DNA from: Candidatus Bathyarchaeia archaeon
GTDB taxonomy: Archaea; Thermoproteota; Bathyarchaeia; 40CM-2-53-6
Direction of reading: 5' to 3'
Assembly (NCBI GenBank): GCA_049513715.1
Contig: JBEKVV010000001.1
Span: 320,001-384,000, forward strand
DNA: 64,000 bases
Part shown: positions 1-10,894 of the stretch, piece by piece
Layout of the letters: each line of letters opens with the position of its first letter
Position numbering within the stretch: the first letter of the stretch is position 1
Made by a program: the position numbers and the translations under genes
The notes under the pieces: model-generated
What the model saw: the letters and a program-made list of their open reading frames with translations, nothing else
What the model was told of the DNA's origin: nothing
The model's database searches: none

Positions 1-1
1 A

Positions 2-316
2 GAACCCGAGGCTGAAACTTCCACCCATGGGCAACACCTGAGCGACGAGGGTAAGGGACCCGACCAAAGCGGCGACTGCGCCCTCAAACGCACTGCCCAT
101 GGTTGTTGAGAAAGCGTTGAAGTTTAGCGAGATGACGCCAATAGAGGCCAACCATGCCAGGCCGAGGGTGAACAACCCTGTGACGAGTGCGAGAATCTTC
201 AAAATGATTGCGGCGACTTTTTTCAGGCCGAAGCCTAGCAAGAAACCTAGGGTTCCGCCGAAACCGACCTGCGTGGCTATGAGTGTCGCCAATCCACCAT
301 TGTCCAACGCGCACAC
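2..316 (-). CDS. FUN14-family small membrane protein (runs off the window start)
   Basis: Not in the ORF track. Manual translation: MCALDNGGLATLIATQVGFGGTLGFLLGFGLKKVAAIILKILALVTGLFTLGLAWLASIGVISLNF...LPMGGSFSLGF. The pattern GxGGxxGFxxGxxLKK...GVIxxN fits archaeal FUN14 proteins. Confidence 0.8.
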   Translation of the reverse strand, partial: MCALDNGGLATLIATQVGFGGTLGFLLGFGLKKVAAIILKILALVTGLFTLGLAWLASIGVISLNFNAFSTTMGSAFEGAVAALVGSLTLVAQVLPMGGSFSLGF

Positions 317-527
317 GTAATAAACAACCGGGGTATTCTTTGGGATTAAAGATTCAGCACGGCTACTGGCATAATCTGTGGATTTGCCTGCCCGACTTGA
401 ACACGCTCGGCGACAAATAGGGAAATCCTTGTCTTGAGCCATACGAGGCCTATGAGGAAGAGAATGCGCGAATGGGGAGAGAGTTCGAGAGAGCCTCATC
501 CAGAATCGGAGCACCTGAGGACTGGTC

Positions 528-998
528 TCATGGCTTGATTTGAACCGAAGTGATTTTGACTTCTTTGAGTGGCCTATCCTTACCGTCGGTTTTAACTTTG
601 CCGATTGCCCTGACAACATCCATCCCCTCGGTGACTTTCCCGAAGACAGTGTGCTTTCCGTCCAGCCAAGGTGTCGGGGCAAGGGTTATGAAAAATTGCG
701 AGCCACCAGTGTTTGGGCCCGCGTTCGCCATGGAGAGAATTCCGGGCGCGCTGTGTTTCAGGTTTGGAGTGAACTCGTCTTTTATTGTGTAACCAGGGCC
801 ACTCGATCCGTCGCCGCGGGGGCATCCGCCTTGAAGCATGAAGCCGTCAATAACCCTGTGGAATGCGAGCCCGTTGTAGAAGCCTTTCTTGGATAATTTG
901 ATGAAATTGTCAACCGTTATTGGCGTCTCGTCCATGAACAATTCCGCCTTAATAGTTCCCATGTTCGTTTCTAAGGTCGCACCTGGATTCGGCAACAA
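528..998 (-). CDS. Cyclophilin-type peptidyl-prolyl cis-trans isomerase
   Basis: [29 protein letters not shown] and [10 protein letters not shown] motifs. Confidence 0.97.
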   Translation of the reverse strand: MLPNPGATLETNMGTIKAELFMDETPITVDNFIKLSKKGFYNGLAFHRVIDGFMLQGGCPRGDGSSGPGYTIKDEFTPNLKHSAPGILSMANAGPNTGGSQFFITLAPTPWLDGKHTVFGKVTEGMDVVRAIGKVKTDGKDRPLKEVKITSVQIKP

Positions 999-1040
999 GG
1001 TCCCCGGATTGCATGGAAACGGTTTGGTGTATAAGAAGAA

Positions 1041-1895
1041 ATGTGCAGTAACATGACAAGCGCAGGGCCTCCGACCGATTCTCCTCGCAAGGTACTGCCC
1101 GATGAACTAACGGATGGTTTCCAGCAAATTGGGCTCCGTGAAGGAGATTCTGTAATGTTGCACGCTTCCCTAGACAGTTTTGGAAGCGTTGATGGGGGCG
1201 CTGCCATGGTTTTGCATCGACTCTTGGGTGTATTAGGCAAGAAGGGCACGTTGCTAATGCCGACCTTCACGTCCATAGCGAGACATAGTGGAACGCACAA
1301 CAACTACACGAGCCCTGGGTGCTGGTGTGAAGGTAAGGAGAACCGGCACGTTCCATTCATTCCCGAACTCCAACCTGACAAAGCCATCGGCCCGATAGCC
1401 CATAGATTGTGCAGCTGGCCGGCTTCAAGGCGCAGCCGGCACCCGGCTTACTCGTTTGTGGCAGTGGGCAGACATGGTGACGACCTTGTCCGTGAACATG
1501 AGCTTTTGAACCCACTCCTGCCGGTCAAGAAGTTCCTCAAGCAAGACCCGAAAGTTGTGACGGCTGGAGTTAACCTAAACTCTGTCACCTCGATTCATTT
1601 GGCAGAAGAAGCAAAAGCTCCGAACAAATTCGTCAAAGAACGCGCATTGACAGTCACGTCTAAGGGCCAAGTTTGGCTTGACGTCCTAGCCATCGGGTGC
1701 AGCGCCGGATTTGGAAAGTTGGGAACGTATCTGACCCAAGAAAAAGTAAGGGAAACGAAAATCGGCCTAGCCGCTGTGCAGACTTATCCGATGAGGTCAC
1801 TCATCGAGGATGCCAAGTCTCTTCTCGGCAAGAATCCTAGAGCCCTAACCTGCGACAACGAGGAATGCATGAGTTGCGCTTTGGCGGGATGCTAG
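1041..1895 (+). CDS. AAC(3)/YokD-family N-acetyltransferase
   Basis: [38 protein letters not shown] and TSIHLAE motifs. Confidence 0.85.
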   Translation: MCSNMTSAGPPTDSPRKVLPDELTDGFQQIGLREGDSVMLHASLDSFGSVDGGAAMVLHRLLGVLGKKGTLLMPTFTSIARHSGTHNNYTSPGCWCEGKENRHVPFIPELQPDKAIGPIAHRLCSWPASRRSRHPAYSFVAVGRHGDDLVREHELLNPLLPVKKFLKQDPKVVTAGVNLNSVTSIHLAEEAKAPNKFVKERALTVTSKGQVWLDVLAIGCSAGFGKLGTYLTQEKVRETKIGLAAVQTYPMRSLIEDAKSLLGKNPRALTCDNEECMSCALAGC

Positions 1896-1932
1896 CCGTA
1901 GTCGGAGCGGGCCACGCCGTGACTCGTGTGAT

Positions 1933-3123
1933 CTACTGCTTCCACCAACCATAATCTCGCGGAAGCAACCTTGTCAGAACGTCACAGCGATTGCTTGTTG
2001 TCAGGACATCGTCCTCAATTCTGACTCCCATCTTGCCCGGTATGTAAGCACCTGGCTCAATGGTGAAAACCATTGATGGTTGAAGCGTTTCTTTGCCTTC
2101 GGCGATAATGTACGGCGCCTCATGGACCTCTAATCCCAAACCGTGCCCGGTTCTGTGTGTGAAGTACTTGCCTAGGCCATTTTGTTCGAGGAGATTTCTC
2201 GCCGAGTAATCAACAGCGCCAACAGTCCTACCGCTTCTCGACTCGTCGATCGCTGCTTCATTTGCCTCGCGCACCTTCTCGTATAGTTGACGGAATCCCT
2301 CGTCTTTTCCGGAAATGAAGGTTCGTGTGATGTCTGCATAGTAGCCTGAACAGGTGCATGAGATGTCGATTACTACGCTCTCGTTTCGCTTAATTTTCCT
2401 ATCCGATGGCAAGTGGTGGGAATCTGCGGCGAAGGGGCCTGATTGAACGAGCACGTCGTCAACGGATTCGGCGCCCTGCGAGTAGATTGCCTCCCTTACA
2501 GCTTTTGCCAGTTGAAGCTCGGAAATGCCGGGTTTGAGCAGGTGGGGAATTTTCAGAAATGATTTCGAAAGAATTCGGGCAGCCCTCTTCAGGAACTTGA
2601 TTTCGGATTGCTGCTTCACCTCCCTTATGCCTTGGAGCAGTGGCTCTGCGTCCTGTAGGTCTGGTTTGGCATGTCGCAGAAGGTTGTTGATGAACAGAAA
2701 CGGTGTCCTCCCTTCTACGCCCCACTTTCCAATGAATGACAGTGCCTCTGACACCTGTCGAAATGATTCTGCAGGACCCTCGTTATCTGTCCAAGAATGA
2801 ACCTTCATGTTCCCGGACATCCTTAGGAAGGGGCCGGACTCAAGTTTGGGTGCAACCAAGTGAGGTTCACTGGTCTTCGGGATGAAGAAGAGGTACGGCC
2901 GCTCCAACAATAATGAGTGTACGCCTGTGTAGTATCTTAGGTTGGGTCCAGGAACGAGGATGACTCCGTTGAGGTCACTTTCGCTAATTCGGGTCCGAAG
3001 GTTCTCAAGACGGGCGTGGTATTCCACTTCTTTCGGCAACTTGGGGTCTCCTAGAGTCGTTGTTTCACCGGCTGTCACTTTTGAGTTTCCATTCGTCGAG
3101 TTTGGGTGCCTGAAAACCTCCAT
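1933..3123 (-). CDS. Xaa-Pro aminopeptidase/prolidase (M24B)
   Basis: Creatinase-like N-terminal domain; YYADITRT, HRTGHGLGLEVHE, FTIEPG and GVRIEDD metal-binding motifs. True start may be downstream. Confidence 0.93.
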   Translation of the reverse strand: MEVFRHPNSTNGNSKVTAGETTTLGDPKLPKEVEYHARLENLRTRISESDLNGVILVPGPNLRYYTGVHSLLLERPYLFFIPKTSEPHLVAPKLESGPFLRMSGNMKVHSWTDNEGPAESFRQVSEALSFIGKWGVEGRTPFLFINNLLRHAKPDLQDAEPLLQGIREVKQQSEIKFLKRAARILSKSFLKIPHLLKPGISELQLAKAVREAIYSQGAESVDDVLVQSGPFAADSHHLPSDRKIKRNESVVIDISCTCSGYYADITRTFISGKDEGFRQLYEKVREANEAAIDESRSGRTVGAVDYSARNLLEQNGLGKYFTHRTGHGLGLEVHEAPYIIAEGKETLQPSMVFTIEPGAYIPGKMGVRIEDDVLTTSNRCDVLTRLLPRDYGWWKQ

Positions 3124-3184
3124 TGTTTAGAGATTACAAGCAAGCGAGCTGATAGTCGCTTTATCCGCTTATATCGACCGGGCG

Positions 3185-3625
3185 ATGCCGTTTGGGTTGC
3201 GAAACCCTTTGAGTATATCGAAAGAGCAGGCTCTCGGCATCGTTCTTCAGGAACCCTCTACGAGGGCCTCTGGGCTTCAAGCTATCCACGTGCACAAGGG
3301 TGGCTTAGAGGGTCTGCTCTTCGATTCCGTCGAGGAAACACTCACAGACCTCTTGGGGAGCCGCGCCAAAGAAGCTGTCTTCGACTACCTCGAAAGAAAC
3401 TGCCTCATGGGAAGAAGTGAGATCACTAAATCTCTTGGCGATCTGTTCTCGATCCTTGACGAAATCTTCGGCAGAGGGAGTAAGATAATAGGGAAAGCGA
3501 TCGCAAAGAAACTTTACTCAAAACTCAACTGGGAATTTGTTGATTGCCGGGATTACGAGCTGACCGATTATTTGGCGACAGTGAAGTTGCGACTAGCTAG
3601 GGATATGACCAAAGCTTTTCAGTAG
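3185..3625 (+). CDS. DUF3227/NitrOD5-like small helical protein
   Basis: Pattern SVEETLTDLLG..AKEAVFDYLE...LDEIFGRGSKIIGKAIAKKLYSKL. Resembles the ORF at 18722. Confidence 0.6.
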   Translation: MPFGLRNPLSISKEQALGIVLQEPSTRASGLQAIHVHKGGLEGLLFDSVEETLTDLLGSRAKEAVFDYLERNCLMGRSEITKSLGDLFSILDEIFGRGSKIIGKAIAKKLYSKLNWEFVDCRDYELTDYLATVKLRLARDMTKAFQ

Positions 3626-3691
3626 CAAAAGCGGTTAGGAAGGGCATTTTACTTGCTCCTTTTGCTCCGCGACTTGAAACGAACGATTACT

Positions 3692-6600
3692 TTATGCTCG
3701 TTTCGTTCGTTGCCTTGATTCGTTCCTCAAGGGTCGTTGTTCAAGCAAACACGTTGATTGCCTTGGGGTGAGCAATGACGTTTGGCGTAGAGGGGCAGTT
3801 GGCAGGATTAACCCAAACCTAGAGATCTGATCTTGCTGCAGGGTGGCCAGCCCAAACTCCGCCAACAGTTGAGCTGTGGAAAAAGTCGGTGATCCTTGGA
3901 AATACTCAAGCCAAAAGTCCATCCTCAAATCAGAGCCCTGGGGAACCGCGACTTGAGCAGTTCTGGTTGAGTACCCAGCCAACTTAACGCCAATCATGTA
4001 AGTACCACTAGGCACCCATACTTGGTAATAGCCATCAGTTGTGAACGTTGTATAGTTGCCATTGCCTGGTTCAAGGTCAACAACCGCCCATGAAAGCAGA
4101 CGCGCCTGGTTGTAGATTGTAGAGCCTATGACTGTTCCGCTGATTCTTGAGGCTCGGTCCATCGACGCGACGACTGAGGCTCTCTCCCTCGGTACAAGAT
4201 TCACTTGGATTTCACTGGATTGGTAGTATCCGTCAACCCAAACCATAACGCGGAAACTCCCAGGCGACAGCCCGCCTTCGTCCGGCCGCGCGGCGTCTGT
4301 TGTATCGTAGAAGCCAGACCAATTTGTCATCGGGTCTCCGAAATATCGCTCGAATCCGATCAGGATGAATCGGGCTGAGGTTGTTGGAGAGCCATTTGTA
4401 AGATTCGGGATGTAGGTATTGTTCGCGGCAACAAAGTTTCCTAAATCATCATAGACTTCGAGCCTTACTGGGGTAGCGTCCAAGTGGTTCAACGGTTGGG
4501 CATATGGTTGGGTCGAGTTTATCAGAGAAAGGAGGTTCTCGTTCTTGAACACGAGCGTTAAATCAATTGTTGGTTGCAGGATCATCCTGATGCTTACATC
4601 ACTATTCGTTCCCATAGCTACGTGTATGCGGGGAATCTCGAATTGCTGGTATCCAACCGTTTGAGCCAGGATTTCGTAGTCGTTCGTGAGCAGGCCGGCA
4701 TAGAAGAACTGTCTTGTGTTGTTGTTGAAGGGTTGTGACGAGTTCGTTGTGTAGACGTTTCCGACAGAGTCGATGATTTTGAGTGTAATGGGGGCACCAT
4801 GGTACGCAAATGGTACGGGAACGCTAGGGTGTTCAGTATCGGTCGAGTATACGTTGAGCAAAATGCCTCCACCACGGTACATGAAGAAACTGAGCGCCGA
4901 CGGCAGGAAGTAGGAGGAGATTGAGGCGAGCGTTATAATTCCTTGTACGTCTTCCAGCTGAAAGTAAGTGTCCCTGACGCCAACATTGGTGTCGCCAGTG
5001 TACAAGGGTGAAGAGGTGAACCGGGCAACTATATGATATGTACCAGGTGGGAGGCCATAATTCGGAGGTAGCAACCCAATGTTACCAAGCCCACGGGCCT
5101 CGCTGAAACCGAGCACCTCAATTGTGGCGTTGTTAGACCCTGGCAAAACGAAGGTCGTGTTGGTTCCGCGTAGCGTCCAAGCCTCATCGTAAACAGAAAC
5201 ACTGAGTGTCCCACCGAGAGTCAGATTGGTCGCTTTCAAGCTTGAGCTGTAATCCAAGAAATGGACTGTGATTGAAAAGAAACCTGTTCTTACGAGGGGG
5301 ATTTCGGCATAGGTTCGGAGTGTTTGATTGATAATGTGAATTGGGACATCGTCTATTTGGATATAGGATGTTACGTAAGCTCGTAGGTAGTAGTCCCCTG
5401 ATGTAAGCCCCGACGTGTAATTGGCGTAATTTTGCGGTATTCTTCCATCATATCCGAGTTCTCGGTATATTGAGAAAGCAAACGTGGTTGCAGAGGGATC
5501 TGTGAAGAGTGTGGGTCTGTACGGTGCTGGCGTTGAGGCGACGACGATATTGTCGGGTGAGAGCATTCTCACAATGATCGACCGAGGAGTTGTGCCGCCG
5601 AATCCGAACAGCGAGCCCCATCGTAGAGGTACGCCATCGCCTGTGCGTGAAAAGACTACCCCCGTGACGTTGGCGCTTCGTGGAAGATAGATGTCTATGT
5701 TCTCGAGTGATTGAGCCGGAAGAACGCTGACGCGCAACGGCCGGATGGTTGGAACGTAGCCCGCGACATACGCTGTTAAGTTGTAAGTCCCGGCGGCGAG
5801 GCCAAAGAGCGTGTACTGCCCCTCTGCGGTGGAGTTTATGAAAGTCTGAGCTGTCGCGGTTCTTCCGAGGTAGTCTATCCCGGTTGCCACTACGCGGGCC
5901 CCGTAGCCGGGAGGAATGTTGACTGGTTTTCCGGCTTCGGAGGAATTAGAGTAGCCTATGTCTCTGAGTGTTCCTGAGATGTAGGCGGGATCATTGGTGC
6001 CCTCAACTACTAGTGTTGGAAAGTTGTCCGGGCCAATCGAGGTCCCATTTAGGAAGGCTTTGAAGAAGTACCTCCCCGCAATCGAAGGTGAAGTTACTTG
6101 GAACAATCGGACGTATTGAGTTTTGTTTGTCTCGAAGACGCCGTTGGCGGTAAGGTTGCTCCTTGAAGCAACAAAGCCAAGGTTAGCTGTGACAATTATG
6201 TTCCGAACGCTTACTCTCCACCAGTTCGGGCCAATTTGATCAGAGCCCCCCCCTCTGGATAATGACAGGCTGTTTGGATCATAGTCGTTGGTGAAACTTG
6301 TCCAGAGCTGGCTCGTCGTAAGACTTGTAAAATCGGGTGGGATGTAGATGTCGACAGACCTGTACAGGCTGGCGTTAGGTACAAGCATTCCATTGACCGT
6401 GATGTTACGGTCTGTTTTGGGGGGACTCAAATTCACCTTGAACAAAAGGTCGCCTGTGCTGTTCGTTAGGATCGAGCTGTTTGGATAACTCAATTTGACA
6501 GAAGCGAACGTCGGAAAATCTGTGCCAAGGGTTCGGGAGTATTTCCCCGGTGAGACTCTAACCGTGCTGCAATACGGTTGCGTACACGCGGCGAGATTTC

Positions 6601-6697
6601 CGTGAACGGCGATTGCTGGGAGCGCATTCAAGAGCATCGTGAAGGTGAGAATGCAAACTATTGTGTGAGTCCAATGCCGAGAACGGAGACCGGACAT
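3692..6697 (-). CDS. Large secreted surface glycoprotein with carboxypeptidase-regulatory-like (Cna-B-like) beta domains
   Basis: N-terminal signal peptide, many N-x-S/T sequons, repeated GxYxL..L.aGxY.l.a..gY segments; 1001 aa. Confidence 0.75.
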   Translation of the reverse strand: MSGLRSRHWTHTIVCILTFTMLLNALPAIAVHGNLAACTQPYCSTVRVSPGKYSRTLGTDFPTFASVKLSYPNSSILTNSTGDLLFKVNLSPPKTDRNITVNGMLVPNASLYRSVDIYIPPDFTSLTTSQLWTSFTNDYDPNSLSLSRGGGSDQIGPNWWRVSVRNIIVTANLGFVASRSNLTANGVFETNKTQYVRLFQVTSPSIAGRYFFKAFLNGTSIGPDNFPTLVVEGTNDPAYISGTLRDIGYSNSSEAGKPVNIPPGYGARVVATGIDYLGRTATAQTFINSTAEGQYTLFGLAAGTYNLTAYVAGYVPTIRPLRVSVLPAQSLENIDIYLPRSANVTGVVFSRTGDGVPLRWGSLFGFGGTTPRSIIVRMLSPDNIVVASTPAPYRPTLFTDPSATTFAFSIYRELGYDGRIPQNYANYTSGLTSGDYYLRAYVTSYIQIDDVPIHIINQTLRTYAEIPLVRTGFFSITVHFLDYSSSLKATNLTLGGTLSVSVYDEAWTLRGTNTTFVLPGSNNATIEVLGFSEARGLGNIGLLPPNYGLPPGTYHIVARFTSSPLYTGDTNVGVRDTYFQLEDVQGIITLASISSYFLPSALSFFMYRGGGILLNVYSTDTEHPSVPVPFAYHGAPITLKIIDSVGNVYTTNSSQPFNNNTRQFFYAGLLTNDYEILAQTVGYQQFEIPRIHVAMGTNSDVSIRMILQPTIDLTLVFKNENLLSLINSTQPYAQPLNHLDATPVRLEVYDDLGNFVAANNTYIPNLTNGSPTTSARFILIGFERYFGDPMTNWSGFYDTTDAARPDEGGLSPGSFRVMVWVDGYYQSSEIQVNLVPRERASVVASMDRASRISGTVIGSTIYNQARLLSWAVVDLEPGNGNYTTFTTDGYYQVWVPSGTYMIGVKLAGYSTRTAQVAVPQGSDLRMDFWLEYFQGSPTFSTAQLLAEFGLATLQQDQISRFGLILPTAPLRQTSLLTPRQSTCLLEQRPLRNESRQRTKRA

Positions 6698-6701
6698 CGG
6701 A

Positions 6702-7085
6702 TTAGCCTGGCTTGAGCTGTGATTCTTCTTCTGAGGTTAGCTCCAGCGACTCCGCCTCTTCCTCAGTCGTTTCAGTTTTTCGGAGTCGCGCGTAAAGCAA
6801 CCCTACCCCGATTACTCCGACCACTATTAGGAATCCCGCGAGAAATGATGCGATCACGAAGCCATACTCCGACCCAGCCGTCCTCGGAATTGTGAACCCG
6901 CGGAAGGTTGCCTGCTGAGGTGTCAATAGGTAATCGGCGTATGCGTATGCTGCGTTGAGAAGCCCGCTAACGACGGCTGCGAGCGCGAGCTTCTTCTTCG
7001 TAATGCGGGATTTCTGGTTCTTTATGATTGACCCCAAGACGATACCAGTGATGATTACTGGAAGCATGATTGGAACTTGCGGCAT
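6702..7085 (-). CDS. Small membrane protein (3 TM, acidic tail)
   Basis: Hydrophobic segments; 4 nt upstream of the 1001-aa gene, so probably co-transcribed. Confidence 0.75.
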   Translation of the reverse strand: MPQVPIMLPVIITGIVLGSIIKNQKSRITKKKLALAAVVSGLLNAAYAYADYLLTPQQATFRGFTIPRTAGSEYGFVIASFLAGFLIVVGVIGVGLLYARLRKTETTEEEAESLELTSEEESQLKPG

Positions 7086-7123
7086 CTCGAGACTGCTCCG
7101 TGTTCGAGGAAGTATTGAACGAG

Positions 7124-7155
7124 TTTATATAAGGCTAACTACAAGCCTTAGTTAG
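7124..7155 (+). promoter_or_regulatory. TATA box (TTTATATA) followed by a palindromic operator CTAACTA-N7-TAGTTAG
   Basis: Inverted repeat at 7135-7155 between the TATA box and the BlaI-family start. The same motif occurs at 11629 and 15755. Confidence 0.7.
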
Positions 7156-7165
7156 GAATTTCGCG

Positions 7166-7594
7166 TTGAAGCTGTACTCCCTACGCCCACATAACCGCGA
7201 CCTCAGGTTCGCTTTGGGGGACCTTGAGGCTGCGATTTTACGAGAGCTCTGGGCCTCGAACAAACCAGTCTCAGTCAAGGACTTCCAGGCCAGAACGTCC
7301 AGAACTCGCCCACTTGCGGTAACGACTGTGGCCACAATTTTGGACAGGCTTTACCAGAAGGGTTTAGTTTCAAGGCAGTTGGTTCGGGAAGGGGGGCCGC
7401 ACTACTTGTATAGGGCTCGAGTAACAGAGAAGGAATTCCAACACGAAGTGGTGGATAACGTCATGGGAACGTTACTGCACGGTTTCAATGAGGTCACCGT
7501 TGCTTACTTAGCTGAAAGAATGGGTGTAGCGAACCGCGGGGATGGGCGAGTCATAGTGAAGTATTTGAACAGGCTGCGTAAGAAGCCTGCGTAA
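7166..7594 (+). CDS. BlaI/MecI/CopY-family transcriptional repressor
   Basis: LGDLEAAILRELW...LAVTTVATILDRLYQKGLVSR...YLYRA signature. Confidence 0.92.
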   Translation: MKLYSLRPHNRDLRFALGDLEAAILRELWASNKPVSVKDFQARTSRTRPLAVTTVATILDRLYQKGLVSRQLVREGGPHYLYRARVTEKEFQHEVVDNVMGTLLHGFNEVTVAYLAERMGVANRGDGRVIVKYLNRLRKKPA

Positions 7595-7606
7595 GAAGGC
7601 CGACAA

Positions 7607-8548
7607 ATGATCCTCTTTCTCCCCAGGTATCTGGGGCTCTTGTCAATGTTGCTGGTGGGGCCTTCGATTCCAAAGTTGTTCCCAGACGCCCTCATGGTCG
7701 TAACTATGATTGGAGCGCTTGCTCTTGGCAGGTCTTTCCGTAACAAGTCTCTCGCTTTGCTCGGTATTTTGGTCATGATGGTTGCTCAGAGTCTTCTGTT
7801 GGTTTTTGGCGCAACTTACATCGAGCTGTTCAGGGAGAGCGCTCATCTCACTCGTGAGTCTACGATTTTCTTTTTCACGCTGCACGACATCAACTTGGGA
7901 GTTAACCTAATTGGCGCTTTTGCTGCGGGATGTGTCGCTCTCTTCATAGAGTTTGGTCGGTCAAGAATTAGCATGTCGAGAGCGTTTCCTCACCTGGATT
8001 TCGTAGAGGCAACTCCTCAACTGACGAACACCGTGGAAAGGCTTGCACGTGCCGCGAATATCCCGGCACCTGAGGTCGCGATAGTTGATTCAGGATATCC
8101 TTCCGCGTTCACAGTCAGGGCCAACCGCCGCTACACGATTGCGGCATCTATTGGCCTCCTCGAATCGCTAAGCGAAGAGGAAGTTGAAGCGTGTTTGGCT
8201 CACGAGGTCGCGCACCTTAAGAACAGAGACTTTATTGTAAGAGCGATTGCTACCGTTTCCAAGTTAGCGGTGTTCGCCAGGCCTGTGGGCTATTTTGTGG
8301 AGCCCGCAGTTTACAGGGCGCGCGAATTTCTGGCAGATAAGACCGCAACGGAACTCATCGGAGGGCCGACGATGCTGATCTCAGCGCTTTCCAAGCTGAA
8401 GGCAGCAAACTCGTTCTCAGAACCAGGCCTCGTTGCAGGTATGTCTGTGTGCAACTTGAACGTGCGCAAACGGGTCTTTTGGTTATTCGAAAAACACCCC
8501 GACCTTGAGGCGAGAATCAGAGTTCTTAAGGAGACTGCATTAGATTGA
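7607..8548 (+). CDS. Membrane Zn-metallopeptidase (M56/M48, BlaR-like without sensor domain)
   Basis: N-terminal TM helices, AHEVAHLK, REFLAD and HPDLEARI; directly downstream of the BlaI-family gene. Confidence 0.85.
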   Translation: MILFLPRYLGLLSMLLVGPSIPKLFPDALMVVTMIGALALGRSFRNKSLALLGILVMMVAQSLLLVFGATYIELFRESAHLTRESTIFFFTLHDINLGVNLIGAFAAGCVALFIEFGRSRISMSRAFPHLDFVEATPQLTNTVERLARAANIPAPEVAIVDSGYPSAFTVRANRRYTIAASIGLLESLSEEEVEACLAHEVAHLKNRDFIVRAIATVSKLAVFARPVGYFVEPAVYRAREFLADKTATELIGGPTMLISALSKLKAANSFSEPGLVAGMSVCNLNVRKRVFWLFEKHPDLEARIRVLKETALD

Positions 8549-9492
8549 AGAAGATGCAACGGATCTGTATTCTCGCCATACTCGCCTTCTCACTGTTCGT
8601 TGTGCCGATGGGTGTGGTCAAGGGTCAAACATCGCACCTAACCGTCACAATGGCTGGCCAATCGCTAACTGCTGGATTCGACAACAATGTGACCGTAACT
8701 GTCCAGAACAATTTCTACGACGCAATCTACGATCTTGGGGTGGCAATTTCGGTACCCGCCCCGTTGAGCCTTCTAGGGGATAACCTTCGGCAATACAATC
8801 GCCTGACAATGGGCCAAGGTGTTGACCTCAACTTCCAGGTCTACGCCCCGACCTCCGCCATTGGGACTTCGTACGTGGGAACTCTGACCTTGACATACAA
8901 ACAGCTTGGGGATGTTTCGTACACAACCGAGACTCACGCCATGGGCATGTCAGTGCACGCCTGGATTAGTTTGATACTTTACGGGTTACAGCTGACTCCC
9001 TCTTTGACTGTGCCAGGGGGCAACGTGACGATTTCAGGCAACATTCTCAACAATGGGAATTTAGCCGCATACAGTGCAAACGTGAGTGTGACCTCTGATG
9101 CTGCGGCTCCCGGATCTTCGGCGAGTGTGTACATTGGTGAAGTGGATCCCAACATACCCCGACCATTCAGTGTGCTGGTTGTCTTCAAATCTGGGATTGC
9201 TCCAGGCAACTATACGATAGTGGTGACGGCCTCTGCGATTGATAATGGGCAGGCAAGTTCGCCATACGTTGTCCGCGGGGAGACTCTCGTACAGATCAGG
9301 CGTCCGACTCCCCAATTTACAGGTCGAGGTCAGGGGGCCGGTGGCCTAATTGCGATTCTCTTTCAGATTCTAAGTTACCTATACGGGGTCTTCTTCGGCT
9401 CCCCGAACATCGTTGCTCCAAGTGTCTTCTCGTACTTGCACTCGCAAACCTTAACCTCGGTCAATCTTGGAATACGGACCCTGAGGCCCTGA
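8545..9492 (+). CDS. Secreted S-layer-like protein (COG1361-like) with a C-terminal membrane anchor
   Basis: Signal peptide, Ig-like repeats (NILNNGNLAAY, YIGEVDP) and a hydrophobic C-terminal segment; overlaps the previous stop codon. Confidence 0.7.
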   Translation: MKKMQRICILAILAFSLFVVPMGVVKGQTSHLTVTMAGQSLTAGFDNNVTVTVQNNFYDAIYDLGVAISVPAPLSLLGDNLRQYNRLTMGQGVDLNFQVYAPTSAIGTSYVGTLTLTYKQLGDVSYTTETHAMGMSVHAWISLILYGLQLTPSLTVPGGNVTISGNILNNGNLAAYSANVSVTSDAAAPGSSASVYIGEVDPNIPRPFSVLVVFKSGIAPGNYTIVVTASAIDNGQASSPYVVRGETLVQIRRPTPQFTGRGQGAGGLIAILFQILSYLYGVFFGSPNIVAPSVFSYLHSQTLTSVNLGIRTLRP

Positions 9493-9632
9493 CTTAGCCG
9501 GGACTCCGAGACTCCAGCTTATAATAGATCACCTGTTATGCAAACTCAACGCTTGGCCTCGACACCTGTCAGCTCTGCGCATGCGTTCGAGGATCAGGAA
9601 TGTAGGTTACTACTCTGTGCATGCCCGTTTGC

Positions 9633-10889
9633 TTACTCGTATTTCAAGGCGACGACTGCGTTCATCCTAGAGGCGCGCCAAGCAGGGTAAAGGCCTGCTA
9701 TTGTTGCTAGGAGGATGGGGAAGGTCAACGAGAACACGATGAGTTCCGTTGAGAAAACTGGTTGAATTGTGTTTCCTCCGCCGCCTCCTCCGCCAAAACC
9801 GCGACCGCCTCCAAATAGAGTGGCTCCACCGAGCATTCCGCCCATCAAGAACGAAAGTATGTAGCCTAGAATCACTCCGCAGATGGCTCCGACAACTCCT
9901 GTTAACGCGGCCTCAGAGAGGAACATGCCCATTATTTGCTTCGGCCGGTAGCCTATGGCCTTTAGAATTCCAATTTCCCTTGTCCGCTCCATCACGGAAA
10001 CGTACATCGTGTTGACTATGCCCACAGTGGCTACAAACAACGATACGGCCCCGATGGCCCCCAAGAACACGGTGAGTTGTCCTGTGATTGATTGGATGCT
10101 TGATAGGATTTGCCCGGGGCTTATGACTCGAACATTACTTGAGTAGTAGGTCGTAATTGCATTCTGAACGTTGGTAACATCGTCCGTGTTGTCGACTATA
10201 ACGTAGATTCCTGAGAAGTATGGGCTCTTGGAGAGAAATTGTGCCGCTTGTAGTGATATGTACACGGTATCATCAATGTTCGAGAATAATGCTGTACCGT
10301 ACTGTCCGAGAATTCCGGTTGCCAGAGTCGCGTAGGATATGGCTCCTTTAGCTCCTTTAATGCCGGTAACGGACATTGAAATCATCTGATTGATGCTAAT
10401 GACTGTGCCAGATGTCGGGTTCGCGATTCCCCAGCCTACTACGGCGGATGTCGTATCGCCCAACAGAGGAATGCGCCCTTCAGCGATCGTCAACCCCTTG
10501 TACAGCGCCTGTAAAGCAGACAAATCTATCCCAACCATACTTGCTTGGAGTGAAGTTCCCCCTTGGTTGATTGATGCACCATAGCTGTAATACGGATATG
10601 CTGCGACCACTCCAGGTATTGTTTTGAGGTACGTGACATCAATTTGACCTAGCTGGTAAGTGTTTGACGCACCGGCCTCAAAGAATCCTCCTGCAGTTCG
10701 TACTGTGAGAACGTTAGCGCCTGTCTTCTCGATATTGCTGGAAATTCCAGCGTTTAGTCCGCTTGAGCTAGCGATCAAAGCGAGGATGATCGCCGACCCT
10801 ACCGCGATTCCAAGTATTGTCAGAACACTTCGCATCTTCCTGTCAATCAGTGCTCTGGAAGCGAGTTTGAACATGTCAACGATTTGCAT
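9633..10889 (-). CDS. MacB/FtsX-family ABC transporter permease
   Basis: RSVLTILGIAVG, GIVNTMYVSVMERTREIGILKAIG and GLYPAWRAS motifs. Confidence 0.95.
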   Translation of the reverse strand: MQIVDMFKLASRALIDRKMRSVLTILGIAVGSAIILALIASSSGLNAGISSNIEKTGANVLTVRTAGGFFEAGASNTYQLGQIDVTYLKTIPGVVAAYPYYSYGASINQGGTSLQASMVGIDLSALQALYKGLTIAEGRIPLLGDTTSAVVGWGIANPTSGTVISINQMISMSVTGIKGAKGAISYATLATGILGQYGTALFSNIDDTVYISLQAAQFLSKSPYFSGIYVIVDNTDDVTNVQNAITTYYSSNVRVISPGQILSSIQSITGQLTVFLGAIGAVSLFVATVGIVNTMYVSVMERTREIGILKAIGYRPKQIMGMFLSEAALTGVVGAICGVILGYILSFLMGGMLGGATLFGGGRGFGGGGGGGNTIQPVFSTELIVFSLTFPILLATIAGLYPAWRASRMNAVVALKYE

Positions 10890-10894
10890 GAGTT

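Noticed and set aside
1041..1895. Aminoglycoside resistance gene
   Set aside because: The AAC(3)/YokD fold is widespread with unknown substrates, and there is no mobile context; resistance cannot be inferred.
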